Part shown: one piece after another, positions 24,483-37,891 of the stretch
Numbering within the stretch: the first letter of the stretch is position 1
How the letters are laid out: the number at the start of each line of letters is the position of its first letter
Translations under genes and position numbers: made by a program
The notes under the pieces: generated by a model
Seen by the model: only the letters and a program-made list of their open reading frames with translations
Database searches by the model: none
Told to the model about the DNA's origin: nothing
Assembly (NCBI RefSeq): GCF_006345805.1
Contig: NC_043002.1
Coordinates: 48,360,001 to 48,424,000, forward strand
DNA from: Octopus sinensis
Taxonomy: Eukaryota
Direction: 5' to 3'
Length of the DNA: 64,000 bases

Positions 24483-26754
24483 GATATATGCTACGATGCT
24501 TTGGTATCTGTAGTGAGTAGAAACACCCTCTTTATCATTCTTTTTATGTTGTTACACACTACTTGCAGCTTCTGATGTCTGTGTGTATAGTAAGAATATT
24601 GAAATAATTGTAACACAGTAATTTAGTTACCTTTGAAATATCAGTCTTTATATGCTGCTTATATTTGACTTTACTACTGGTAAGCTATATATAAAATGTT
24701 GGGGTTTGATGAATATTTCATTGATTATACTACTCTGTCCTACATTTCTAATGGGAATATTTACATTTTACAGATGGGTTGTCCAACCCCAAAGGATCTA
24801 CTGATCGCAGAAGCATTAAATACTTTGACAGAACTGAAACTGTGGAATATAATTCGCTTGGGACTTAGACATTATATCAATGCAGTATGAAGAGATGGGA
24901 AGTTTATCTGTGCAAGCATGTACGATATAAAAAAATTAAACATTTTTAGGAACTACCATAACCAATTAGAACTTAGGATTACTACTAAAGACTCCGGTTG
25001 TGTAGAACTTATTTGGAGAAAATATGCCTTACAAGGTCCACAGCACTACTATACTGCAATTTTTCGTTGTTGAATTCAGTATAATAAGGTAACAAAATAA
25101 GTAATAACTTGTATAATTCTGTGATACTCTATTTGCTTTGTGGTTGTCACTGAAAGAGATTAATTTACTAACACAGTGTCGTGTAGAAAACAGAAACTAA
25201 CACTTAATAGGACAACTAATGATAAAACCAATTGAGCTGTGTGAAGCAAGTAATCTTGAAAGAGTTTATCCCTCTGAAACCGATACTCATGAAATAGATT
25301 TGAACTCAGTGTTGAGAGCTAACAAATTACTAATTGATTTATGGAATAAAGTTGATTACTATTTACAGTTCTGTAGCTAAGATAATTATAAATAAAAATG
25401 TGACTTTAATACAGAAATCCTTGTAGTTGTCCCTCTCGCTTACTAGGTCGAAAAATAATATTTGCAGACTCAAAATAGTTTTTGTTTAATTCTAATGTGA
25501 GAAAATTTCCGAAGTTGGAAACAATGGAAATAATAACAGAACGCATATGTTTTAGTATTTAAATATGTCAGCACCATTTTATAATTAATTTATCAATTAA
25601 TTGCATTTGTGCAAGGTTACAAATATAAAGAAACAATAGTTATTACACTGAGGACTACAAAAACTAATTAATCATTGGATGTGTCTATGACATTGATATG
25701 CAAGTTTGTATACAAAAACAAGTACTCTTTGTGACATGCTAACCTACTATAATACTTGGAAAAGCACAAATTTTATACCATTCCATATTAATTATATTTA
25801 AAGTATCAGGATTCTTCGGAATTTTAGAAACTAATATTGACTGTAAGCATCTGTGTGTGTGTATGTGTGTGTGTATAAATATATATAAATGTGCGTGTGT
25901 GTGTGTAGAAGATTGATGTAAGTATGTATGTATATATACATATGCACATATATATGTATGAATTTATGCATGTATGTATATGTGTATACTTGCATTGCTG
26001 GAGGATCTTTGTATTATCTCAAGTAATCAGAATCCCATCATTAATCGCTATTCAAGTGAAAATCAGATAACGTATTTTAAAGGAAGCCATATAAAAATAG
26101 AGTCAGTTGTTAGCACATAAGTACTAGAGGACAATTTCCTATAGCAAGAGTATAACCAAACGGCTTTTTAAAATGATCGATGACTGACCATTTTTGAAGG
26201 AATGTTCCCGCTGTTTGAAATAAAACTAATCGCAAAGACTCAAAAGACGTAATTATATTGCCGCAAAGGCTTCTCTAAAGTATTTATTGACCAATTATTC
26301 TGATTATAGTGTTTATATAAAAACTTTTCTACCGAAGATCTTATACGTCTTTCGACAAAGCTTTCATATAAGAGAGCTTCTTCTATAGATGATGATAAGA
26401 TTTCAAGATAAACAGAGCCGTTAAGAGTACAGCAAAACAGAAATAAATGAAGCGAATTTTGCAGATTAAGAAAGTACAACAAAATATCTCCCTTTCATAA
26501 AATATCTATAGTAGTAAAAAGGTAAAGTCGCTAAACAATATGCAGTACAGTATATAGTCTATCTATAGTTCCATATTATATAGTTTAGAGTTTAAGTCCT
26601 GAAAGAGTATCTACCTATTTCTTTTTTATCCTTTTAAGGACAGTAATCTAAGTAACATATGTATTTACAAAATGTTAGAAGCCAGGTTATACTTAATTCG
26701 CTGTAATTTATATGTCTGTCTAGTAATGTAAATTCACTAATACTTTGTGTACAT

Positions 26755-27198
<444 letters not shown>

Positions 27199-28307
27199 AT
27201 ATTAGTAAAAGAATAAAAGAATATTAAAATCACTTATCAGAACTATTCTACATTATGCATATAAAAATACAAAAGTCTATTCTGTGTCTAGGCTACAACA
27301 TTCCTTTGGCTATGCATAAGACAGAGCAATTTTTGATACCTTTCAAAACAGAGAAGTGCGTCTTATAAAGCAGTAAGTAAGGTGTGTATGTGTAAGTAAT
27401 TTTGTGTGTGTATGTATATGTGTGGTGTGTATATTTATGTATCTGGTGTGTGTATGTTTATGTTTGTGTGTGTGTGTGTATGTATCTTTGTATGTGTGCA
27501 AACAACGAACTTTGGTGAGATTCTATTCAGACAGCATTGATCAACCAGTCACATGTACAAGGTACTGTTTCATGAGACCGAATGCAGATCTACATGGCTA
27601 CGAACTTTGTAACTATACACTCCTGTTATAACTGGTTTCTATGTCTAATTGCATCGAAATTAATAGCCGTGTCACTTATTGTAATTGAAGGTGCTCTTGA
27701 CAGATTTCCATATGTATATAGTCGAGATAATGGCAATACTAATTCAACATCGGCTTTTATGCATATATATTACAGTTGCATATATCTTCAGAAGTTGATC
27801 TAATACATAATACACACAAATGTGATGTAATGTCGGTTTATGTTCACTCTGTTGTTTGCTGAATAGAAAAGCAGATTCAAACGTTAATGTAGCAGTTGGG
27901 TGACATTTTATCTTGACTATAAAATTAAATCTCTAAAACAGAATAAACACGATGCATTATCCCTGAGAAACATTTAGAGTAGATGATCATTTTGTTATAT
28001 CCATGTTGTTTTAAATAAAGCGGCCGAGTGGCTCATAGATAACTGACGGATACTTCTAACGTTACCTCCACAAAGTTATGCAGGATTCATGTCAATAGAT
28101 TTCAGTTCAGCAAGACGAATCCGAAATCCTAATCTCCAATATATAAATATATTCTGTAGAAACTATATAATATAATATAATATAATATAATATGTAATAT
28201 TTCTAATCATAAATATAGTATAATGCATACCTACATATATACATGTGTGTGTACATACGTTACATTCACATAAACATACATGGGTGTACTTTTGAATATA
28301 ATTAATG

Positions 28308-28374
<67 letters not shown>

Positions 28375-28511
28375 ATGTATGTATGCATGTATGCATTATG
28401 TATGTATGTATGTATGTATGTATGTATGTATGTATGTATGTATGTATGTATGTATGTATATGGAAAAAATTCAAGATTGAAAATGCTAAAATAATTTTAT
28501 AAAATACATTT

Positions 28512-28547
28512 CAGTACCGGTTTCAGTCATTGAGACTTTTTCGACTG
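28512..28547 (-). ncRNA. Minimal hammerhead-like motif, variant core UCGAAAA
   Basis: Reverse complement reads cag-TCGAAAA-agtc tcaat gact-GAAA-ccgg-TA-ctg. Confidence 0.55.
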
Positions 28548-28721
28548 TAAGTAACGAAAACAATAAAATTTTGGAAAAATTAAATGTAAAGTACTTTAAA
28601 AGAACATTTGCATAATATTCAAATACAAGGGACATTTTCGTTGTTTCTGTCTGTCTCTGTCTCTTTTGTTTACTCTTGTGGTTTCGAGGACGTTGTGAAT
28701 TCTTGGCAGAGAAAAAGAAGT

Positions 28722-28818
28722 AGAAGAAGAAGAAGAAGAAGAAGAAGAAGAAGAAGAAGAAGAAGAAGAAGAAGAAGAAGAAGAAGAAGAAGAAGAAGAA
28801 GAAGAAGAAGAAGAAGAA
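28722..28818. repeat. (GAA)n microsatellite
   Basis: Directly visible. Confidence 0.95.
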
Positions 28819-29030
28819 AAAAAAGATAATGCGGGAGAGCTATGAGAGTAGCAGGATGTTAAATGGTCAAGTGCACTGAAAGAGACTTGTTGTGGATGGT
28901 AGTAGTGATTGAATTCTTGAGATATATCTTTTGAATGCATTGTTTATAATATTTGCGTAGGTGTTATTCTAAACAGCAGTAGTAGTAAAGTGAATATTCC
29001 TATCATTCTGGTCGCATCAAAAAAGAATTC

Positions 29031-29430
29031 GTGATAGACGGGCTAAAATTTATCTTGGAGAATAACTACTTCGTCTTCAAAGACAACTTATATCGACAAA
29101 AATCGGGGACTGCGATGGGTTTAAGAATGGCTCCCTTCTTTGCTAACCTAGTCATGGGATATCTAGAAATTAGTCTTTATCGTAAGGTTCTAGGAAAATA
29201 CGGCAGCCCATTCTCCCTCTACAAAGAAAATAACTGGAAGAGATACCTGGATGACTGTTTCATTCTTTGGCATTAGAAGATAGAGATACTTAAAGAATTT
29301 CAAGCACTTATAAATAGACTTGACGTAAACATTTTATTCACGATGGAATGTAGCCATCAACAACTTCCCTTCCGCGACATCCTCATTAAGAAATCTAAGA
29401 ACGAAATAGAAACAGATATATACGAACTCC
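29031..29430 (+). pseudogene. Penelope-like reverse transcriptase fragment
   Basis: ENNYFVF...YRQKSGTAMG...APFFANLVMG, WKRYLDDCF, then a stop, then FTME...LPFRDILI...IETDIY. Confidence 0.9.
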
Positions 29431-30784
29431 AAGCAATATCTACCGTTTGAAATCCTACTACTATCCTACGATCCTGCATTCTCTTATTAGTCTGTCTCCT
29501 TCTTCGTCTTCTTCTTCCTATCCAATGATAGGAATATTCATTCTGGTCGCATCAAAAAAGAATTCAATCACTACCACCATCGACAACAAGTCACTTTCCA
29601 TAGTTAATACATACATTTATATATATACACATAACATATGTAAATGTATACATAAAAATGTGTAACTATGCAGAAATATTTATACAAACATATATCTAGA
29701 AGATATTGTATATTGAAATACACGGTTTATAGTAGGAAATTGTGACGTTTGCTCATGTCTCTTTTAACCGAACCAGGTCCAATAAGGACTATAGCACTAG
29801 TTCAGTATACATAAACTAGCCATCAGCTATATTGTGTAGCATTACAAATTCAAATCAAAATATAAATCCTATTTTCCCTCTATAAAAGCTTCCTTGTGAA
29901 TCTTGAAAGGGCTTTTTTTATTTTAAATCTCTGCTTTTAGATAATTATGATGTAATGTATGGAAACATCCTCATCAGAATAAGGATACAAATCTATGATT
30001 CCAAGGCCAGAAAGACTCCTAATCATAAGAGCTGACAAGATATTCCTAGGAAAGGTTTCTTAGATGTATTTGTTGAGAAATTACTCGTTTCCTTGTATAT
30101 TCAACTAAACATACCGTTAAATATTTTATGCGTCTTTTAGCTAAGCTTCTTGAGAAGGATAGTTTCTCTTGAAATTAATAATATGATTTCAAAATTAGAT
30201 ATTTCAAAATCTATATATAAAGAAGTACAATGTGAATTCCCTGAAGCTTAGATTGGAAATGTCGAAAGATAAGTATTCAAATTTTGAGAAATCATATACA
30301 GTCATTCCAGTTAATTTCTCGTATTTATTTCATTCATTCGTTATATTAAAAACCTATAATATATAATATTTGTATTATATACCTTTTCATGCCGCCTATA
30401 ATGTTGAAAATTTGATACCAATCAACTGTGTAGATTACAGCAGCAACAGAACGAAGCGATTACTTCTGATAAGAAAATCAACTGGTCAGTAGTTCGTATT
30501 CTGCCAGAGATACAGTACAGCGCTCATGACCGAAATACTTATTTCTCAGAGACAGAGCTCACCTTATTAGTTTCCCACTCTTTTCTCGTATTTGCCTGAA
30601 AGATTAAAATAACAATTAGTCCATAACTAATCTAGTCTTTTCCTCGCAGCATAATTATTTCCCATTAGTTCTTTTCTGTCATGATGCTTAAAATAATTCT
30701 GTTCATTGACTAATATTATTTTTTCTCATGTCATAATTACTCCTAATTACTACCTTAAATATGTTGACAACATTTTATTTTTTT

Positions 30785-30985
30785 ACTTTTTTTACTTGTT
30801 ACAGTCATTGGACTGCGACCATGCTGGGACAGCGCCTTGAATGATTTAGTCGAACAAATCGAGCCCTGTACATAGTCTAGTACTACTTCTATCAATCTTT
30901 TGCCGAGTAGCAGAGCCATAGGGGAATGAAAAAACAGCCCTGGTTCTCAAGCGATGGTGGGTGGGGACAAACACAAATGTAAAGC
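30785..30985 (-). mobile_element. SINE family A 3' fragment
   Basis: AGTCATTGGACTGCGACCATGCTGGG...TTTAGTCGAACAAATCGA shared with the 22255 and 26755 copies. Confidence 0.65.
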
Positions 30986-31017
30986 GACACATATACATAC
31001 AGGCATACGTATATATC

Positions 31018-31065
31018 AGAGACGTGCTGTCTAGGTAGGCAAGGTAGGCAGTGCCTACCTTGAAC
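31018..31065 (+). mobile_element. Possible hAT-type terminus
   Basis: CAGAGACGTGCTGTCTAGGTAGGCAAGGTAGGCAGTGCCTACC: CAG start with subterminal GTAGGCA repeats. No matching other end or TSD confirmed. Confidence 0.35.
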
Positions 31066-31424
31066 AAAATAGATAGATAGTTACATTTTCCTTTTATGGC
31101 AAAACATGCACCTAATTCAGTACAATTAGGAAGGTTACTCTGATTACTATACATGAAATGCAAAATATTCTATTTTTTTGTAGATTAGGTAGGCAAAATT
31201 CGTCCCTGTTTTTCAATCTCAGTATTTAAGCAACTCATAGTAAAGCTGTAGGAACGTGCTGTGTACATTTCTACAACATCGTTTTCTTTACGTGCTAGAA
31301 ATAAATCTGCCTTAACAAGTTTGTTAAGTTCTCTTTGTTTTTTTTTCTGCATGTTTGTACATTTTTACTTTATTATTGTAACGTTTTTCAAACATAGTCT
31401 TGCCTATGACTTTTTAGCCTCGTG

Positions 31425-31486
<62 letters not shown>

Positions 31487-32622
31487 CAATTGTAGTGGCG
31501 AATTTAATTTTATTTAATTTATATAAAATTTTTTTATGTTTCTTTGTTTGATTTGCATAATAGTGGTTTTGTCTCTAATTAATATTATATATATATATAT
31601 ATACATATATTTTTTCGTTTTTCAATATTAATGTGTATATGTATAACTCTATGACTTTTTTCTACTAGTCCACCTGTTACGTTATTTTCTACTATGCACA
31701 CATGGCCCTATTTATTATATTTTGTTTCGACCTCTTACCATTTTTTAAAACATACACGTTAGCTTTTCATTCTTATTTTTATGTCATAGTTTACCGCACA
31801 TATAGATGTGCATACACATTGATATGTCTTTTTTCCCCCTTTCGTCTCTCTTACTATTATTATTACTGTGATTTTTCCCCCTTTTAAAACTTGCTTGCAA
31901 ATATCCGATTTTTCCCCTATTACCCCACTTGTATTCTTCCTTATTGTATCTTATTTTATTTTACTTTATTTTATTAAGCCATTTTTTGATGTCCTTACAA
32001 AAATTATTCTCACTGGTGAAAATGACAATGCATAAATTTAATAATTATAATTGCTATGGTTATAATTTTTCTCTACATATTTGTATTGTCCTTTGAAACG
32101 CGCGTAAGTATTGAATCCTATTTTGTATTAAATCTAATTTTGATCCAACGTTTTTTCTCCTCCATTTTTCTATAATTGTTTATGGTATTTTTATACCTAA
32201 AACGATACTTTTCAACTACTATTTTCATATTCTTATTACTTGCTCTGGCTCATTTTTATGAATATGATGAATTTTTATTAGAAATCATTCTTTCTTTCTT
32301 TTTGGACCTCTCAAAAAGTTTGAATTGTTCTTTTTGAAATTACTCTCTCTCTCTCTCTCATATATATATGAAAGGTTTTGGTATCCAGAAGACACAAAAA
32401 GCAGGTAAGGCTGTGTAAATGCTATGAGGGACCACTGTTAGACTCCCGATTCGATAATAGTATGAATGAGGAGAATAACGCGGTCTGCGTGTGATCGAGT
32501 ATAGGTTAAATAAAATGAGACAACACTGCCTTGGCTTTGTTGTCTTATTTCATATAACCTATTCATACACACACACATACACACCACATATACATGCTTA
32601 CATATATATATACGTATATATT

Positions 32623-32662
<40 letters not shown>

Positions 32663-32665
32663 TGA

Positions 32666-32699
<34 letters not shown>

Positions 32700-32774
32700 G
32701 CATACATACACACACACATATATATATATTAGACAATATCGAACACACATACACAAGTTATGCGTTTTGCCAGT

Positions 32775-32972
32775 ACGTGGTCTGGCTGCGATTATAGGTG
32801 TAAGGGAATATATTCTCAATTCGTCTTTACGTTTTGAGTTCAAATGCTGCCGAGGACGGCTTACCCTTTCATCGTTTCGGGATTGATTGAGATCCTGCTG
32901 ATGATTGGGATCAATTTAATCGACTTACCCCTCCCTCTAAATTGCTAGCCTTGTGCCAAAATTTGAAATCAG
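32775..32972 (+). mobile_element. SINE family B (decayed)
   Basis: TGAGTTCAAATGCTGCCGAGG...CTTTCATCGTTTCGG...CCTTGTGCCAAAATTTGAAA. Confidence 0.65.
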
Positions 32973-33011
32973 TATATAATTTTATTTGAACTGATGTGTT
33001 ACTCAAGGTAA

Positions 33012-35413
33012 TTCTAGACAACAAAGATTTAGTCTAGAGCATGTGCCCTTGATTAACTCAAAGACGTTGATTCCGCACACAGAATTGTTCTACCACGTCA
33101 GGATTTTGAGTTATGCGCATGCACAAGATTATAACTATACTTTCGGCTAGATATAGGCCGTATTATAGAATTTGCTAAAGTGAAAGCGGTCTTAATTCAA
33201 AATTAAAGAAACAACATATAAAACAAACGATGAGAAAGTTCATTATTTGGTTTAGCAATAGATGGCACTGACGTATTGTGTGCAATGACAAATACGTCAG
33301 TTTGTTCTTGGTAACTCTCAGTTTCGTCTGCGCTGCCCTCATGTGTGGTATGTGCCTCGCCACGCTTTGCGTGATTACTGTTTTAACTGTGTTCATTGTG
33401 TAAGATCATGAATTGGACAGGATGTGTGAACCACACAGGCAACTTTTGTTATGACTGTAGAAAATTTGCTCCGCATGACTAGCAGAAGAACATTTCCACC
33501 AAATTAAAAACTACCTGAAAATATCATTTCGGATGTAAAGTTTGGGACCAAGACAAGAGGTGGGCACCTCATATATGCTGCATGTGTTACTCAGGGCTTA
33601 CACAGTGGCTGAATGAAAAACAGAAGGGAATTCCCTTTTGCTGTACCAATGGTATGGCGTGAGCCTACCAATAATGTCTTTGATTGTTACTTTTTCATGA
33701 CTAATGTTAATGGTCACTCGAAGAAGACCAAAGCAAAAGTTGTGTATGCAGAATGCAAGTCGGCTCTAAAACCGGTCCCACATGATTTCGAGAACTCTTA
33801 CACATGCTTTATTTGAAAATCTTGACACGTCGCACGATGAACCCCCTGACTCTCCTAACGACGAAAAGAGTACGTAGTTGATTTTAAGAAAAATGAGCTA
33901 GGTTAGTTTCATCAAAAACATTTGAACGATTTAGCAAGAGACCTAGCATTGTTAAAGGAAAGGGCCGAGGTTATGGAATCCAAACTACACCAACGGAATC
34001 TCCTATAGCAAGATACAAAAATTTCCGTTTTCCTTTCTCGCCATAAAGGCTTATCTGTCATTTTCAAGCAGGAAGACAATGCTTGTTTCTATACAGACGC
34101 TAATGGACTCATGCAAAAACTAGGACACGTGCATATGGCTAACGAATAAAGATTGTTTGCAGACTCGAGTAAAGTTAGCCTCAAAGCTGTGTTGTTACAT
34201 AATGGTAATGAAAATCCTTCCATTCATGTGGGTCATGTTGTTTGTATGGAAGAAACTTATGACTAGATGGAACGCATTCTGAAAGGAGTTAATTACTCAG
34301 TTCATAAGTGGAATATTTGCGATTTTTTAAAGGTAATTCCTCTCCTCCTAGGACTGCAGCTGGGATATACCGAAAATACATGCTTCTTGTGTGTTTGGAA
34401 CAGCTGTAAAAGACTAGCCTAAGAGATATGAGCGCCTAGTTGATAGATACAATGTGCAGCATATGCCACTGGTTGAACCGCAAAAGATCTTCCTTCCAAA
34501 CCTTCAAATCAGACTCGGCCTCATGAAAATCTTTGTAAAAGCAATGACACACGATGGTTGTGGCTTCCAGTACCTAAAAGTAAAATTTGGTGCAGAGAAA
34601 AATAACGCAAAACTGAAGGCATTTTCATTGGACCCGAGATCAGAGAATTGATATCTGATAGCAAATTCAGAGGAAAACTGAATCCAGTTGAGCTGACAGC
34701 ATGGGATTCATTTGTATCAGTAGGACAGAATTGTCTTGGAAATCACAGAACTGAAAACAATGCTGATTTAATAGACAACATGCTAACAACGTATGAAAGA
34801 ATGGGATGCCGAATGTCCCTTAAAATTCACTTCTTGCATTGTCATCTCGATTCTTTTCCAACGAATCTTGGTGCCGTTAGTGATGAGCATGGTGAAAGGT
34901 TCCACCAGGACATATCTGAGATGGAAACGAGGTATCAAGGCCGGTTCAATCCACGCATGATCGGTGACTACTGCTGATTCGTACAACAGAAGAACAGCAC
35001 GACGCATAAGCGCAAGAGCAAGTGTCTGAAACATTTCTGAGTTGAGCATATCAAAAATAAACTATTCTCTTAACATAAATATATTATGTACCATTATATT
35101 AAAATTAATATTTACTTTGAACATAAATTTACTTTATACAGTTCTAATATACTACTATAATAAATTTTACCTTGAACTTAACTATTCCTGATTCTAATAT
35201 AGTATTAATATATAATATGTTACTGTTTACATCTCGTTCAGAGATTTATTATTGCTATTAATATATAATTATATTTATAACTTAAAATTTCGACGTGCTA
35301 TATCAATTCTGAGTTTAGCGTCCTCGATTAATTTAGTACAGCACCATTTGTGTGGGTAGCAGACAATAAATCCCTTTTTTGTTACCCAATAGACTATGTT
35401 TTGTTGCCCAGTA
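33012..35413 (+). mobile_element. Chapaev3-like (CMC) DNA transposon, defective copy 1
   Basis: Transposase fragments PFAVPMVWREP, DSSKVSLKAVLLHNGN, LLGLQLGY, RLGLMKIFVKA and MSLKIHFLH...LGAVSDEHGERFHQDI. Degenerate CACTGGRCAACAAA-like termini. Confidence 0.85.
35217..35255 (+). mobile_element. 39-bp 3'-terminal fragment of the 361-bp hammerhead unit, with 14-bp TSD
   Basis: GTTACTGTTTACATCTCGTTCAGAGATTTATTATTG matches 8409-8444 with one mismatch. Flanked by TATTAATATATAAT at 35203-35216 and 35256-35269. Confidence 0.8.
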
Positions 35414-37596
35414 AACTATTACAAACTTTTTATACCCACAGGTACACAAATATATATATAATATAGAGAGGTATTTGGTCATATTTTTGTTTTCTTCACA
35501 TTAGTTGAGACTTATGGAAATACGTTTGTTTTCTAGCTTATATATTTAGTACTATTTTATCTTATGTCTAATTCCTAGCTTAAACCAGTGAGAGTTACGA
35601 TTTGCAGCCCATTGTGTTTTAGTTTTTTTTAGAGTTTTGTTTTGCTGTGAGCGGGGTTTTGATATTGAAGACCACATAGAAACCTACCCCTTTTTCGACT
35701 CTTGTCCATATTGTTTGAGTGCCAGTTGGATAACGATTGATTCATCAGATCGTATGCCTCATCAATATGTCTCGTACGCTAACAATAATATCAAGATACC
35801 CACTGACAAGCAACTTAGGAACATCTACACTTATTTGAAACAACAAAATTTGTTGCTGCAAATAGATATTATAGAATTTAAACAGCCAGTGGTATATTTC
35901 TGTTTTATTGTCAAACTACAATTATTCCATTGGTTAGTGGAAAAAAAAAGGTACGTTCAATGATATACGCATCAAACCGCATCAAATATATGAGAAAAGT
36001 GATATCAAAACGATTTATCACGCATTTAGGTAAATTTCTACGACATAGTTTAAGAAACATTTTTATTCCAAAGCACATTAGAGCAAATACAAATCTTAAG
36101 CGGTGAAACTTGGCAGCTATAGAAACAACAAAGTTTCCTTCGGGAAGACAAAAACACTATATTGAATTTTTTGAAGCATTCGTGCATAGAGTTTCCTAAC
36201 AGAAATGATACAGTCCAAATAAATAGCTCCCATGACAGTTAGTACTAAGTATAGACGTATAAGAATAATGGATTTGGTTAATGTGTTTTGGGCCATAAAA
36301 ATTTATCACAACATTTGAGCATTGTATGTGACATTTTTATAACTATAGTATATCGTTTTTGATAAGATGCAAAGCCAGTTTACATTAGAGAGTACAACAA
36401 AATATTGATTTCTTATTCAATCTAAGCCATTTCTTAATCAGCCATACGTTTATAAGTAAAGGAAAGAAAATATGTGGTGTTCATCCATGCACTAAGGATA
36501 TTAGCATCGTAAATGAACTGACAATAGACTCCTATAAATTAGTCCGCACATTAATTTTCTGATGGTTTACATGCAGAAGAAATCCACTGAAAAGAAAATG
36601 TGTAATTCTCACTGTATCTTGCTGAGAGAGATCTCATAAGGTCGAAAACGTTATCTCATGATTGTTAAACTAGCATGTTCACTTCAAGGGTAATAAATCA
36701 AAAATTATTTTAGAGTTAAATAAATATTCTTATATGGAATGAGTAAATCAATGACGTGTATTGTATTGATTGTACAATAAAGAGATAAATCAGAATTTGG
36801 GCTCAAAACCATGAACTTCTATATAGTTAAACATTAAAACTGATTCCTAATCTCTTGTGATAAGAGTTTCACTAATATTCCAGTATAATATATCGTAGAA
36901 AATATTGATATTAAGTAATTGTAAGGTGAGATCTATGAACATTTATGATTTAATCATTGATCTAAGGACAGGTATAAGTGGAAATATACAAGAAATCAGT
37001 TTTCTGAGAGGTGCCTAAAATAGACAGGGAATATCTATACAAAAGATCAGACGAATTTGTGAACTTCTGGTTGCTGAGACTATAAATAAAATTTGTTTCC
37101 AATTCAAAGTTCAGATTCAGCAATAATAAGTTTACATATATAATTTTTTAAAATTCATTTGCTAAACGATGTCTTCTATAATTATTCGAAATATTGGAAT
37201 AAGTTGCCGTCTTGAAATGTAACTGAAGATCTTAAAATATGAAAATATTGGAACAACTTCAAGAACAACACTATATTCCAAGTTTATCCAGTTACTGATT
37301 TAAGCTAAAAATAAATAATCACACCGATACATCAAAACTGTCACAACTCCGCTTATTTTCCATAAAACTGATTTTAAGAACGACAAGGAATAATACGAGC
37401 CAACAGAGAAGCCTCTTACGCAGTCGCTTGGTCTCCTAAAGGTAATAGCTATATCTTCGTCAAATCACACCGACATCTTAAAAAACAAAGGAGACATCAT
37501 AATGCAGTCTTATGTAGTGTCCCAAAGAGACGAAATTGTCAGATTGTCACGATTATCTTTGATTATATGTCTAAACAACAACAACAACAGTAGTAA

Positions 37597-37649
<53 letters not shown>

Positions 37650-37814
37650 TGAATATATAGTATAATCTAAGTGTGCATACATCACTACCATGAATTGGGA
37701 TCTAGCAATATTTCTGTTTCTCTTTTCTTTATGCATGAGAAAGTATTTATATAATGTAATTTCTTAGGTTTAACCTAGGAGCTCCTTACATCGATTAATT
37801 AGTCAAACTATTTC

Positions 37815-37891
<77 letters not shown>

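Larger units (their letters stand above)
28461..29600. mobile_element. Rearranged Penelope-like element: antisense pseudo-LTR arm, (GAA)n, sense RT fragment
   Basis: RT fragment 29031-29430. 28878-28916 is inverted relative to 29560-29598. CATTCTGGTCGCATCAAAAAAGAATTC is duplicated at ~29004 and ~29539. Hammerhead-like motif at 28512-28547. Confidence 0.75.
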
